From Octopus sinensis (Eukaryota), in assembly GCF_006345805.1 (NCBI RefSeq), contig NC_043018.1, forward strand, positions 7,440,001-7,504,000: a stretch of 64,000 bases of DNA, in the 5' to 3' direction. Shown in pieces: positions 23,691-36,484 of the stretch. The translations under genes were made by a program, and so were the position numbers. The notes below the pieces were generated by a model, which was not told the origin of the DNA, ran no database searches, and saw only the letters and a program-made list of their open reading frames with translations. Numbering within the stretch: position 1 is the first letter of the stretch; every line of letters begins with the position of its first letter.

Positions 23691-25179
23691 ATATATATAT
23701 ATATGTATGTATCACACATACATACACACAAATTTTAATTATGGCTTCAGCCAATCCTCGTATAAAGAATAAAAGCATATCAAAGTATTTCTATTCCTTC
23801 TCCTCCTCCTTCTTCCTTCTCTTTCATCCTCAGACATTCTTGAAAGTATGATATTGATAATTGCCACAATATTAATATTATTTATACATTTAATATCTAA
23901 TATTTCCTCTCAGCTCCATATCCGTAGACCACCCTGTTTCTATTTATTGTGTGTCATCAGTGTGCATGGAACAATGACACAGCAGACAGTCTATTAATTA
24001 TATCATCCAGATAAATTGTCTTCATTTTTTTTCTCAGAAAAATAAGAAGAGGGAAAGAAGAAGAAAAAAAACAGTAGTTGCTCATAATATTAGAAATAGA
24101 TTGGAATAGTTTTAAATATCGTTAGTTGTCTTGGGACTGCTGCATTTCCGTCATCGACTTAGCAGCTATCTGCTTGCACCCACGTTTTTTTACGAATACA
24201 ACAATTATATAATTTTTTTCTAGTTCTCTATTTTTATATCTTTGTTGTTTTTGCTTTACTGACTCGGGAATATTACTAATAATAATGATACCGATTTCTT
24301 AATCTTAAGCCAGCTGAATTTCTCACGTACATAGACACAGACCCAACACATACATATATAAATATAGATATAAATACATATACGTACACATTTATAGATG
24401 CACAGACAGACAAACAGTCAAAAGACATCAACTTTCCACTCACGAAAGATTGATCAAATCTGACCACAATACAATAGAATTAGACAAAAACATACAAAAG
24501 ATACAGAAAAATTAAACAAAAATAAAACACAGAGGAAAAATGATTTCCTGGTGTGTGTGTGTGTGATTTTTTTCGTTTTCTGTCTTTTTGGTACTGTTTG
24601 AATTAGGTTTTCTTTTGCAAGAAAAAAGAAAAAAAAAGAAAAAGAAAAACTTATCCTATACCCCAATATTCTCCCCATACCACCCCTAGGAGATGAACAA
24701 AAAACAAATAAAAATAAAAGAGAAAAGAAACATTTAAACAAAAGCAAAAAAAAACCCCAAAAATGAACAAAACAAAATGTCCGCTAAAAAGTATGTGTGT
24801 GTACGTCGCTTGCATTCGAAAATAATATTCCGATATTATAAAATGTGAAATGTCATACGTTCATTATATTGTTGAACAGGGGAAAAATTAATTCTCTGTA
24901 ATGTAATCTTAATATTTGGGAAATTGAATTTTTCTTACTTTTTTATCATTTAATTTTTTTTAATCTTTTATGTATGTATATATACTTTTTAGTATTTCTT
25001 TTATTTTTCTCTCCGTTTTCTGTAAATTTCGAGTCTCCGGAAATTAAATAAATTTTTTTCTTTTCCCTCACCCTTCCTCTATCTCTCCCCTTTTCTCTGT
25101 TTCTTTCTCCCTCGCTGCTTCCCTCTCTCTCTCTCACCTCTCTCTCTCCATCTCCCTTCTATCGATAAATATTAATAAC

Positions 25180-25530
25180 ACACTTGATATTATTGTTGTT
25201 GCTGTTGTGGTTACTCCGATCGCTATTGTCATGCCTGTTGTTAATTTGATTAGCTTTTGTTGTGGTTGTTATTGCTGCGGTGGTAGTGTTGGTCGTGGTA
25301 GTTGAGTTGGTTGCTGTTAACCCCATAGTTGTTGCTGTTGTTGCTGTTAGTGACGGTAATGTAGTCCTTATTTCTGTTACCATTATCGTACTTTTGTTGT
25401 TGTGGTTATGATTATTGCTTTCGCTGTTGTTGTTCTTATCGTTATTGCTGTTGATGTTATTGGTTTTAATGATGAAGTCGTTGCGGTGATTGTTGTTGCT
25501 ATTATGTGTTGTTATGCGTTGACGTTGAAC
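25180..25530. repeat. Degenerate (GTT)n low-complexity tract
   Basis: Directly visible. Confidence 0.8.
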
Positions 25531-25639
25531 TTGTATTCATTAAGTCTGATGTTATTAGCGCTCTTTCATCTTTTACCCTTTTACTTGTTTCACTTATTGG
25601 ATTGCGGCCATTCTGGGGCACTGTCTTGAAGGGATTTAA

Positions 25640-25945
25640 TCAAAGAAATCAAAGAAATCGAGTCCACCGCTCACGTTTTGAAGTCTAGTACTTATTCTAT
25701 CTTTCTCTTTTGCCGCACCGGGTATGTAACAGCACCGATTGTCAAGTAGTACAAATACAAATACAAAGACGCGCACACACACACACACACATTATTTTCC
25801 CATAACTTAGAGGTTCAGTAAAAAAACTGATAAAATAATCACCTGGCATAAGAAAGATGTACTGGGGTTGAATCGCTCGGCTAAAATTCTTCGAGGTGGT
25901 ACTCTAGCCTGGCTGCACTCTAATTACTGAAACAAGTAAAAGATA
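25640..25945. mobile_element. Two oppositely oriented SINE family B 3' fragments
   Basis: GTACTTATTCTATC..TTTTGCCG (minus), then GGTGGTACTCTAGCCTGGCTGCA..GAAACAAGTAAAAGA (plus). Confidence 0.55.
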
Positions 25946-25957
25946 TATATATATATT

Positions 25958-26035
<78 letters not shown>

Positions 26036-26125
26036 TATCGTGACGCGACAGTTCTATGCGCGAACTATCTAGCGCTGAATTTCCGGTGCTATATGTGTGT
26101 GTATGTTTGTGTGCGCGCGTGTGTG

Positions 26126-26158
<33 letters not shown>

Positions 26159-26371
26159 GTTTGTGTGTGTATGTGTGTGTGTGTGTGTGTGTTTGTGTGT
26201 GTGTGTGACTGTGTAAATGTCATAAGCGACCTACCTATTTAATCGTTAAACCACAAATAGTTTTAGTAAGGAACAAATATGTAAAAATTTCATAAAACTT
26301 TTCAGCTGAAAACTGCGAAACCGGATCCGGGTCAGCTAAATATTTTTTCTATACTACAATAAACAAACAAA

Positions 26372-26406
<35 letters not shown>

Positions 26407-26727
26407 GTAAAATAAAATAAAATACCCTTCTAGCCGCAAAACTAAAAAAATATATATACTAAAACAGGTTTTCTACAAAAGACTCGAAGTAACATTTGAA
26501 TCCTTGTTTTTCCTTGTTCCCTTCCATTATTCTCGCTTATATTATAGGTTTTTTGCATAAAATTAAATGTTCAACTCACCTTAAGAATACATATACCAAT
26601 ATAACTTCAGTTGAACTTTGATACAAATATGTTTATACAGTGAAAAGCTATTGATGTATTTTTTTTATTTTTCATACATATAAACAGAATAAAATTATTC
26701 AAAACCTCTCAGTATTTCACGCACAGT

Positions 26728-27030
26728 GGAGACGCAATGGCCCAGTGGTTAGGGTAGCGGACTCGCGGTCGTAGGATCGCGGTTTTGATTCCCAGACCGG
26801 GCGTTGTGAGTGTTTATTGAGCGAAAACACCTAAAGCTCCACGAGGCTCTGGCAGAGGGGGGGGGGGCGATCCCTGCTGTGCTCTTTCGCCACAACTTTC
26901 TCTCACTCTTTCTTCTGTTGGCCTGCTCGTTTAGCCAGCGGGAAGGTGACGTTGAAGGCTAAAACAATGCTAAGCGCATTGTGACCAGCGATGTGTAGCA
27001 ACATATGATGGCCTGCTTGGTCACGTGATT
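26728..27030 (+). mobile_element. SINE family C variant with tRNA-like head
   Basis: GGAGACGCAATGGCCCAGTGGTTAGGG...GATTCCCAGACCGGGCG, followed by SINE body. Confidence 0.85.
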
Positions 27031-27109
27031 TCACACACATTTGCATGTATGTGTGTGAAGAATGCTGAGAAAAAAATTGAAATGCGTCAAAAGTTTCTTA
27101 TATACACAT

Positions 27110-27290
27110 AAGATGGGCTTCCATACAGTTCTTGTCTATCAAATGCACTCACAATGCATTAAATCTCGTGTGTGGTTTTGTTAGAGGGAATACTCGTGCA
27201 AGGTGCTGCGCAGTGGGACCGAACCCCAAACAACGCTGTTTTGCAAAGCGAGCTTCAGAACCATAAAACCATGCCTGCTGTGACAGTTTT
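27110..27290 (-). mobile_element. SINE family B head, degenerate
   Basis: AAGGTGCTGCGCAGTGGGACCGAACCC. Confidence 0.6.
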
Positions 27291-27367
27291 TTAAAAAATT
27301 TGTTCATTATTCTTGCCTTCTTTATTTGGCTTAAGATATGATTATCCTTATTATGGCTGTTGTTGAA

Positions 27368-28150
27368 GCGGCGAGCAGGCAGAATCGTTACCGCGCCGGG
27401 CGAAGTGCTTAGCGGTATTTCGTCTGCCGTTACGTTCTGAGTTCAAATTCCACCGAGGTCGACTTTGCCTTTCATCCTTTTGGGGTCGATAAATTAAGTA
27501 CCAGTCACGCAATGGGGTCGATAAAATCGACTTAATCCATTGTCTGTCCTTGTTTGTCCTCTCTGTATTTAGCCCCTTGTGGGTTGTAAAGAAATAGGTA
27601 TTTCGTCTGCCGCTACGTTCTGAGTTTAAATTCCGCCGAGGTCGACTTTGCCTTTCATCCTTTCGGGATCGATTAAATAAGTACCAGTTACGCACTGGGA
27701 TCGATATAATCGACTTAATCCGTTTTTCTGTCCTTGTTTGTCCTCAATGTGTCTAGCCCCCCGTGTGTAGTAAAGAAATAGGTATTTCGTCTGTCTTTAT
27801 GTTCTGAATTCAAATCCCGCCGAGGTTGGCTTTATCTTTCATCCTTAAGTGTCTATAAAATAAGTCCCATTTGAGCAGTGGGGGTCGACTCCTTGCAATT
27901 TGTGGCCTTGTGCCAAAATTTGAAACCTTGTGTAGGAGTCCTTAAGGCGATAAGCTAGCAGAACCGTTAACATGCCGGATAAAAAGCTTAGCAGCATTAC
28001 GTCTGTCTTTACATTCTGAGTTCAAATTAGGCCGAGGTCGACGTGGCCTTTTATTCTTTCGTGGTAAATAAAATAAGTACCAGTCAAACACTGGGGTTGA
28101 TGTCTTCGACTTACACCCCATCCCGAAATTGCTGGCTTTGTGCCCCAAAC
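27368..28150 (+). mobile_element. SINE family A trimer (27368-27930) plus adjacent monomer (27944-28150)
   Basis: GAAATAGGTATTTC junctions at 27591 and 27775. Confidence 0.9.
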
Positions 28151-28196
28151 CACTGTTTCTACGGTATTATCGTTACTATCGCAGTTGTGATAATTT

Positions 28197-28578
28197 TTAT
28201 TGCCTCCGCATTTGCGAAATTGGAGGTATTGTTTTAGTTGTGTTTGTTTGTTTGTTTGGTTGTCAGTGGGCAAGATATCTCAAGAACCGCTGGGTGGATT
28301 CGAATGAAACTTTGAAGGATAATTGGCCTCGTGACTGGCACGAACTGAATAGATTTGGGGATCGATTCGATACCGGACAAGGATTCTAGATTACTTTTCC
28401 TGTTTTCTTCTTTTTTACTTAACTTTTGAGAGCGTTCCGGTTCACTTTTAATATTCTCGTTTGTGAGAGCAGTCAAGATTATTTCAGATATTCCCATTTA
28501 AAAAATCCTCTCCAGCTAATCGTTGAGAGGACGTTGGTGTTGCCTTGGCAGAGGTTTGCGCTCTCTGAGTGCTCTTGT
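28197..28578 (+). mobile_element. HINE/DINE-1-like non-autonomous Helentron-type element
   Basis: 5' CCTCC..GGAGG hairpin, (TTTG)n, 3' CCTTGGCAGAGG complementary to the 5' subterminal motif, T-rich ends. Confidence 0.5.
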
Positions 28579-28899
28579 TTTTATATTTTCCTGTGGTTGT
28601 TGTTGCTTTTGATGTAATAATATTTGTTGTAACAAGCTTTATTAACATTGTTGCTGTTGATATGGTTGCTTTAAATGTGGCACCCCACGTGTTTGATTTT
28701 ACAATGGTACCTATGATTATTGTTATTCTTGTTGTTTATATCGTCCTGCCTTTGTAGTTAGGTGTCTGTTTGTTTATTTATTTAGTTATTTATTTATTTA
28801 TTTATTTATTTTACTTCTAGTGGAAGGTTTTTTGCTCACTGTTGCGATTATTGATGTTTCTCGTTGTTATATTTTTGTTGTTGTCAAAATTATTGCGGT

Positions 28900-29310
28900 C
28901 GAGGATGCTTTTTGTTTCTCTTGTGATCGGAGTTATTGAATTATTAGTTGTTGTTGTTTGTTATTGATCTCCTTTTTCATAAACGATAATTTTATAATAG
29001 CTCTTACGTCTAGTTTTAGCATATAATAGTTATCGAATACAACAACAAAAACAACAATAAAATAATAATAATAATAATAACAGCAATAATAGCAACAACA
29101 ATAATAATAAAATAATAATAATAATAATAACAGTAATAATAGTAACAAAAATAACAACGATAATAGCAATAACAACAACAATAATAATAATAACAGTAAC
29201 AACAATAACAGAACAACAACAACAATAACAATGATAACAACAACAATAAAACCAACAACACAGCAACAAGAATATTAACATTATCAAGACCATCATCATC
29301 AGCAGCAGCA
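28900..29310. repeat. (AAT)n/(AAC)n microsatellite
   Basis: Directly visible. Confidence 0.9.
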
Positions 29311-29539
29311 GTAAAATAACAGTAACGGTTCTTTTGTTGTGTCACAAGGTCGTCCGGCGATGGGGGATATTACAAAGATAAGGTGCAGTCCATGTGAGAT
29401 GGGGAGGATTATTAAAAACATAAGGGCAAGAGGAAACAGTGGAGGAGAAAATAAGGTAAAATGGCGACCGAATGTAGAACGCAATTGAATACATTGTTGA
29501 TGCAAGCCTGCTAAAAAAAGGGGTGCCTCCGACAAGGGT

Positions 29540-30170
29540 CAGTCAAAGAACCCAACTGATCCAGAATAACCCTGACTACGAAGAACCCAAGCTCTCACCC
29601 AGCTGTTGTTCAGCAAACTCGAGGTGGCTGACATGCTTGGAATTGTTGCATCACCTTAAGCATTTCAACAAGTTACTTTTGACAAATTGTCTGAATTGCT
29701 TGTCCTTTACATTCATCACTTTCCTTTTGAGGGAAACTGAAAAAAAAAAGATCGGGGTTTGACGAATAGAAAGTAATGGGCCTTCAATCCTTTTAGCCTC
29801 ACCCACCGTGCAGCCTTTTACGCCATATACACCTGACAGGGCGACATGCCCTGCCGAGCCAGATTGAACGAAAGTAGTGGGCGCGATCTTCAAGAAGGAT
29901 TCGGTCGATAGTCTGAGCCATCTTGCACACGATAAGATTCATTCAGTATAGCTCCACAATTCAAAAATGTTTAGATATTGCACGAATTTATGAAGAACGT
30001 TCGTGTCGTTCTGCACGCATTTCAGATCCGTTGCCAAACAGAATTTATTTATCCCTTGGTAGCATTGCTTAGCCAATGATTTCAGGAGGTCATCTAAAGT
30101 AGGTTCTCGACTCGAAAATTCTCCGGAGCAGTCCAGCCAGTGTGTTCTAGTCATCACTCTTATGCACCTA
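29540..30170 (-). mobile_element. Probable highly degraded LINE fragments (RTE-like)
   Basis: Only weak motif resemblance on the minus strand. Confidence 0.25.
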
Positions 30171-30648
30171 GGCGGTGAGATGGCAGAAACGTTAGCGCGC
30201 TGGGCGAAATGCTTAGCGGTATTTCGTCTGTCGTTACGTTCTGAGTTCAAATTCCGGCGAGGTCGACTTTGCCTTTCATCCTTTCGGGGTCGATAAATAA
30301 AGCACCAGTTACGCACTGGGATCCCTTTGTCTGTCATTGTTTGTCCCCGCTATGTTTAGCCCCTTGTGGACAGTAAAGAAATATAATTCCTCTATATATT
30401 GGTAGAATGGAGCTTCCACCGACTGCATAGCACGACTGGTAGAAAACAGGAATTACTAAAGGCACAACGTTTGAAAATTGCATAGGCAGGGGCCAATCGG
30501 TTTCATCGAATTCGGTGCTCAGCTGACCTCGAAAGGATGAAAGGTACAATCAACTATAGTAGTATTTGATCTCAGTACTCAAAGACATGGAAGAAATGCC
30601 ATTTGGCAATTTGCCCGACATGCTAACGATTCTGTCAGCTCGCCGTCT
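30171..30648. mobile_element. SINE family A copies (30171-30375 plus; 30490-30648 minus)
   Basis: Family consensus match. Confidence 0.8.
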
Positions 30649-30659
30649 GAACATTAATA

Positions 30660-30700
30660 ACTAGCACTATGACCCGGCAACGCCAGGTCATAGTGCTAGT
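30660..30700. repeat. Perfect 15-bp inverted repeat ending in CTAGT (Helitron-end-like)
   Basis: ACTAGCACTATGACC-cggcaacgcca-GGTCATAGTGCTAGT. Confidence 0.7.
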
Positions 30701-31007
30701 GCATGCATATACAGCTGCGTGCGTGCGCACATACACGTGAGTACTGTCCAAATCTCCAACCAATCACATACAGCTAGCTGGCATTCAATTGGCGTATCAT
30801 GTTTCGGGCATTTTGATTGGGTTTTGGATAGAAAATTCACAAAAAAGACACTTCTATTGATTTTTAAATGGCTCTGCAGGGTGACTGTGGAAATGCAAAG
30901 ATGTGCACGACCACCTTTGGACGGCTTTGAATGACCATAGAAAGTGTGAGCCTTCTAACTGAAAAATTGTGGATTTGTATAAAGTTTTGCCGTTTATATA
31001 TATAGAG

Positions 31008-31063
<56 letters not shown>

Positions 31064-31610
31064 TGCAGTACCAGGCAGTGGCTCTCATGGCTTCTGATCT
31101 TAACTGATTGGAAGTGTTATCATGTACATTGTTTTGTCTTGGTATAAAAGATGGGCTACAGCAAATATTCTGCTCAATACCACAGATTTGCTTGTCAGTT
31201 GTTTGACCTTAACCAGTTGAGCATGTCCCTTAGTGGCTGACGATTTGTGCATCTCTGATCACGAGCAGAAGTAGTGGGGGAGTATCATAGCCATGTGTTG
31301 AGAGGGATTCTTTGGGGTTTGAATAGTTCACCTCTGGAAACATGGGTGGTTCTTTCAACATCCTTAAACAATCCTTATTCAGGGACTTTTTGAGCGGGAT
31401 GGGTTACTCAACCGGAAGAAAATTCTAACTGGGCCCCACCTGCAAGGTCATGTGCTGTTTATCTTGATATGAGATCACCATGTCGCGCACATATGGTTTT
31501 GATGCATGTGCCTGGTGTACCCTTATCAGACGGGTAGTCATGATGGGTATATTAGGCTTCGTATATTTTACCCCAGTGTCACTTTGATGGCATGAACTGC
31601 TCTCTCACTC
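31064..31610 (+). mobile_element. ~550-bp (AAT)n-associated non-coding element, copy 1
   Basis: Embedded in (AAT)n; homologous to 31641, 39774, 46014, 59734 copies. Confidence 0.85.
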
Positions 31611-31640
31611 AATAATAATAATAATATTAATAATAATAAA

Positions 31641-31980
31641 TGCCCTGATGCAGTACCAGGCAGTGGCTCTCGTGGCTATGCCCTGATGCAGTACGTGGCT
31701 TCTGATCTTAATTAATTGGAAGTGTTATCATGTACATTGTTTTGTCTTGGTATAAAAGATGGGCTACAGCAAATATTCTGCTCAATACCACAGATTTGCT
31801 TGTCAGTTGTTTGACCTTAACAAGTTGAGCATGTACCTTAGAGGCTGACGATATGTGCATCTCTGACCACGAGCAGAAGTATTGGGGGAGCATCATAGAC
31901 GTGTGTTGAGAGGGATTCTTTGGTATTTGAATAATTCACCTTCGGAAACATGGGTGGTTCGTTCAACAACCTTAAACAAC
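31641..31980 (+). mobile_element. (AAT)n-associated element, copy 2 (3'-truncated, short internal 5' duplication)
   Basis: Starts TGCCCTGATGCAGTACCAGGCAGTGG after (AAT)n. Confidence 0.8.
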
Positions 31981-31999
31981 GTTTCTAATGAAGACAGAA

Positions 32000-32345
32000 G
32001 GTCTGAAATTTTGGGAGAGGGTACTAGTCGATTACATCGATCCCAGTGTTTCATTGGTACTTAATTTATGGCAAAATCGACCTCGAACTCAGAACGCAGT
32101 AGCAGACGAAATACCTATTTCTTTACTACCCACAAGGGGCTAAACACAGAGAGAACAAACAAGGATAGACAAACGGGTTAAGTCGATTACATCGACCCCA
32201 GTGCGTAACTGGTACTAAATTTATCGACCCCGAAAGGATGAAAGGCAAAGTCGACCTCGGCAGAATTTGAACTCAGAACGTAGCGGGAGACAAAATACCG
32301 TTAAACATTTCGCCCGGCGTTCTAACGATTCTACCAACTCGCGGC
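32000..32345 (-). mobile_element. SINE family A dimer
   Basis: Junction GAAATACCTATTTC at ~32110. Confidence 0.85.
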
Positions 32346-32351
32346 CTAATA

Positions 32352-32405
<54 letters not shown>

Positions 32406-32431
32406 TAATAATAATAATGATGATGATGATG

Positions 32432-32499
<68 letters not shown>

Positions 32500-32506
32500 T
32501 ATTATT

Positions 32507-32551
<45 letters not shown>

Positions 32552-32570
32552 GTTATTATTATAACAGAAC
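32346..32570. repeat. (AAT)n/(GAT)n microsatellite
   Basis: Directly visible. Confidence 0.95.
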
Positions 32571-33189
32571 AATAACATCGTCAGCAACGATATTAAAAGT
32601 AATTGTCCGCAAAAACAACAGCAACAATAATAAAATTAAAATATATCAATAATAATAATTGAAACATCATGTCATCAGCAGTAATGCTGTTTGAATCATT
32701 AACCCATTATTTGCGCTACCAGCCAAAACATATGGCTGTGTGTTATTGGCCTGGAGCGTGACAGAATTCAACTTGATTTCTTTCACTGTAATATGAGAAA
32801 TTTATTAAAAAAAAACAATAACACATAACACATACCAAGCAATAATTTTAGCCCCAACGGCTGCAAAACCCTAATACAGAGTGCAGAAGGGGGCTCCTGG
32901 GCGTCAACAGAAAGAAAACAATTATGAGTATCGCCCATAACATTTCTGGTTGACAAGAAGGCCTGCTGTGTACCCTTCTTGGGTATAGTTGTTACATAAA
33001 AGTATTAAAACGATCGTACGAGTTGCAATAACATTCTTTCAAGAGAGGGGATTATATTACGAACGGTTTACGTCTCAATCTAGAGAAGTTGCAGCAAATG
33101 TGGACATATTCATGGCATTATGTTATTCACCAAGATGTGTCCTTACATGGTCAGTCCACTACAAGATTCAGTTCTGGTTATAGTGTGGT

Positions 33190-33600
33190 GACTTATATCC
33201 CTCAATGCCCCGGGGTCAATGCCGGCAGGGTGCAAACTCCTCGTTTGGCGTCTCATGTTTAACAGGTCAAAGGATTGAGGCCAGACTAATATGAAACCCT
33301 ATTTCCAGAGATGAAAATTGGCTTCCGTAGGGACATATCTAGGAAAAAAGCAAAGTTATAGATGCATTGAGAGAATTCAAAACCAACGAGACCTGAGAGA
33401 GGAGGGTTTCTCATGGAGATATACAGAGGAAGCAGAACAGTTGGCTCTCTAAAAATAGCTGGAGGAGGGATGCCGAGGTAGAGCTGAAAAGCAGGGATCC
33501 AACAGGAAAGAAGCGGAAAGATAGCTCGGAGTTGAGAACATTGGGGAAACGTCGTCGACAGTTTACGATCCAGATTAGTGAAGGGCCAAAGGAAGTTACA
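33190..33600 (-). mobile_element. Probable degraded CR1/L2-like LINE 3' fragment
   Basis: Weak resemblance only. Confidence 0.25.
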
Positions 33601-33611
33601 TGGTCAGTATG

Positions 33612-34165
33612 AAGGCACTGGCTTAATGGTTAGAATATTCGTCTCACAACTGTAACGTCATGAGTTCGATTCTCTGAGTACCGCACTTTATTTGATGTTG
33701 CTCTTGTCCACTCTGCTGATAAAAATGAGTAGTACCTATTTCTTTACTACCCACAAGGGGCAAAACATAGAGGGGACAAACAAGGATAAACAAACGGATT
33801 AAGTTGATTATATCGACCCCCAGTGCGTAACTGGTACTTATTTAATCGACCCCTAAAGGATCAAAGGCAAAGTCGACTCGGCGGAATTTGAACTCAGAAC
33901 GTAGCAGCAGACGAAATACCGCCAAGCATTTCGCCCGGCGTGCTAATGATTCTGCCAGCTCGCCGCCTGAGTAGTACCTGTATTTCAAAGGGTCAGCCTA
34001 GTTACATTTTGTGTCACGCTCAATCTCTCTGAAAACGGCGTTAAGAGGACATGTGTTTTGCGGAGTGTACATCCACTTGCGCATTAATTTCAGGCGCAGG
34101 CTGTTCCGTTGATCGGATCAACTGGAACCCTCCTCCTCGTAACCGACGGAGTGCCAGCGCCACCT
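33612..34165 (+). mobile_element. SINE family C interrupted by an antisense SINE A (33738-33967)
   Basis: 12-bp TSD TGAGTAGTACCT at 33726-33737 and 33968-33979. Confidence 0.85.
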
Positions 34166-34176
34166 ATATACATAAA

Positions 34177-34407
34177 GGCGGCGAGCTGGCAGAAACGTTA
34201 GAGCGCCGGGCGAAATGCTTAGCGGTATTTCGTCTGTAGTTACGTTCTGAGTTCAAATTCCGCCGAGGTCGACTTTGCCTTTCATCCTTTCGGTATCGAT
34301 AAATAAAGTACCAGTTTCGCACTGGGGTCGATATAATCGACTTAATCCATTTATCTGTCCTTGCTTGTCCCCTCTATGTTTAGCCCCTTGTGGGTACTAA
34401 AGAAATA
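34177..34407 (+). mobile_element. SINE family A
   Basis: Complete monomer ending AAAGAAATA. Confidence 0.9.
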
Positions 34408-34535
34408 TATATACATAAAGAATCTATCTCTGGCCTGGATGAATACGTATAGCCTTATTGTTGCCAACAAAAGAAATCGAGATACAGGAACAGACCATCA
34501 CCTCTAGGTACATTTTAGTGTCTACTCACACGTGA

Positions 34536-35235
34536 AGGTGCGTGGCTTACTGGTTAGGGGCATTCGGCTCACGATTGTAAGGTCGCGAGCGCAATTCCCG
34601 GCGACGCGTTGTGTCCTTGAGCAAGATACTTTATTTCACATAGCTCCCAGTCCACTCAGCTGGCAAAAATGAGTTGTACCTGTATTTCGAAGGGCTGGCA
34701 TTGTTACACTGTGTCACGCTGAATCTCCCTGGGAACTAAGTTAGGGGTACACGTGTCTGATTAATTTCACGAGCAAGCTGTTCCGTTGATCGTAGCAGCT
34801 GGTATCCTCGTCGTCGTAACCGACGGAGTGCTCCTTTTACCCACAATTCCAACGAAATAGTAAATGTCATCTGCGTGGTTATATTTCCTGAAATAAAGCC
34901 TCAAATTGAATTTAGAATGTTCTACACTAGCTCCGACATAATATACTTGGTGACATAATCATGCAGTAAAGCTTCTTCTCTATGTGGAGGCGCGTGGCTT
35001 AGTGATTAGGGTGTCAGCATCATGATCGTAAGATTGTGGTTTCGATTCCTGGACCGGGCGCCGCGTTGTGTTCTTGAGCAAAACACTTCATTCCACGTTG
35101 CTCCAGTCCACTCAGCTGGCAAAAATGAGTAACGCCTCGATGGACTGACGCCCCGTGCAGCTTGGGAACACATACGCCATTGAAACCGGGAAACCGGGCC
35201 CATGAGCCTGGCTAGTCTTTAAAAGGGCGCATTTA
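34536..35235 (+). mobile_element. Two SINE family C copies (34536-34835; 34986-35235)
   Basis: tRNA heads GCGTGGCTTA.TG.TTAGGG and TTGTGT.CTTGAGCAA domain. Confidence 0.85.
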
Positions 35236-35856
35236 TTATTATTATATTCATACCAAGAATCGTTAACATGAAGGCAGTGAGTTGGCAGAGTCGTTAGCAT
35301 GTCGGACAAAAATTCTTAGCGGGTTTCTTCTGAGTTCGAATTCCACCGAGGTCGACTTTACTTCTCATTCTTTCGATGTCGATAAAATAAGTACCAGTTG
35401 AGCATTGGGGTCAATGTAACTGACTTATCCACTTCTCCCAAAATTTTTAGCCTGGTACCAACATTTTCAATCAATAATCAATAACGTTAACGTGATTGAA
35501 ACCGGTATACTGGGCCCATGAGCCTGGCTAGGCTTTAAAAGGGCGCATTTATTATTATTATATTCATACCAAGAATCGTTAACATGAAGGCAGTGAGTTG
35601 GCAGAGTCGTTAGCATGTCGGACAAAAATTCTTAGCGGGTTTCTTCTGAGTTCGAATTCCACCGAGGTCGACTTTACTTCTCATTCTTTCGATGTCGATA
35701 AAATAAGTACCAGTTGAGCATTGGGGTCAATGTAACTGACTTATCCACTTCTCCCAAAATTTTTAGCCTGGTACCAACATTTTCAATCAATAATCAATAA
35801 CGTTAACGTGATTGAAACCGGTATACTGGGCCCATGAGCCTGGCTAGGCTTTAAAA
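35196..35856 (+). repeat. Near-perfect 316-bp tandem duplication containing a SINE A
   Basis: GGGCCCATGAGCCTGG at 35196, 35512, 35828. Confidence 0.9.
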
Positions 35857-35959
35857 AAATGGCGCATTTTTTTTTATTAAAGCTTCTCTATATACGCACA
35901 GTTTCCAAATATTCTCTGATGTGTGGAAAAGCAAGCTCTTTCGTCCTCTTATGCATCTC

Positions 35960-36260
35960 CAACTGTCTTAGGAAACGACAATGTGAAAATACTATGGAAT
36001 TTCAACGTAGCACGTAATAAACCTAGCATTATTTATTGTCTCTCACAAATATGGCAATAGCGTATTGATTATTATCGACATAGCAATCCAAAATGGCTTT
36101 AATGTTGTGTTAGAGCAAGTTGAAAGCTATAGTGTTACACCAAACTAGCTGTTGAATTAACTAAAAGTATTTTATAACTGAGAAACCGTTAATTTATAAT
36201 TGTTATAGTAGGAATAATGCAAGAAACACTTCTGTACAGAAAGCAGCAAATTACATTTAA
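35960..36260 (+). pseudogene. Degraded Dong/R4-type RLE endonuclease fragment
   Basis: GNDNVKILWNFNV, NKP, IIDIAIQ; resembles ENVTILWGFPV..NKPD..LLIDMSIP of the 40842 ORF. Confidence 0.55.
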
Positions 36261-36433
36261 GAATAGAAAATAGCAATACTCGGACAGCGAATATATGCAA
36301 CGTTTTCGTGAGTGGCACTAGACGTTAACGAAAATCAATTGCTTGTTCTGATCTGGTGGTGGGGTTACAGCTTGGAAATTATGATTTTTAGATGTATTCT
36401 ACGAAATGTGTGCCAATCAATGAAAGTAGTCAC

Positions 36434-36484
<51 letters not shown>

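Noticed and set aside
24434-24490. 16-nt microexon candidate on the minus strand (TGGTCAG|ATTTGATCAATCTTTC|GTGAGT)
   Set aside because: Not a multiple of three, weak pyrimidine tract, and no supporting neighbouring exons.
26728-26805. tRNA-like sequences here and at 4372, 6071, 34986, 59499
   Set aside because: A/B boxes run into SINE bodies and acceptor stems are incomplete; these are SINE heads, not tRNA genes.
27368-28150. Regularly repeated ~190-220-bp units as a CRISPR-like array
   Set aside because: No unique spacers and no cas genes, in a eukaryotic context; these are SINE multimers.
31241-31300. CTGACGA inside the (AAT)n-associated element as a hammerhead core
   Set aside because: Followed by GAAG rather than GAAA, and the stem I and III registers do not fit.
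32840-32910. Minus-strand FCTLY*GF resembling a GPCR/opsin TM3 start
   Set aside because: In-frame stops on both sides and no further motifs; chance match.
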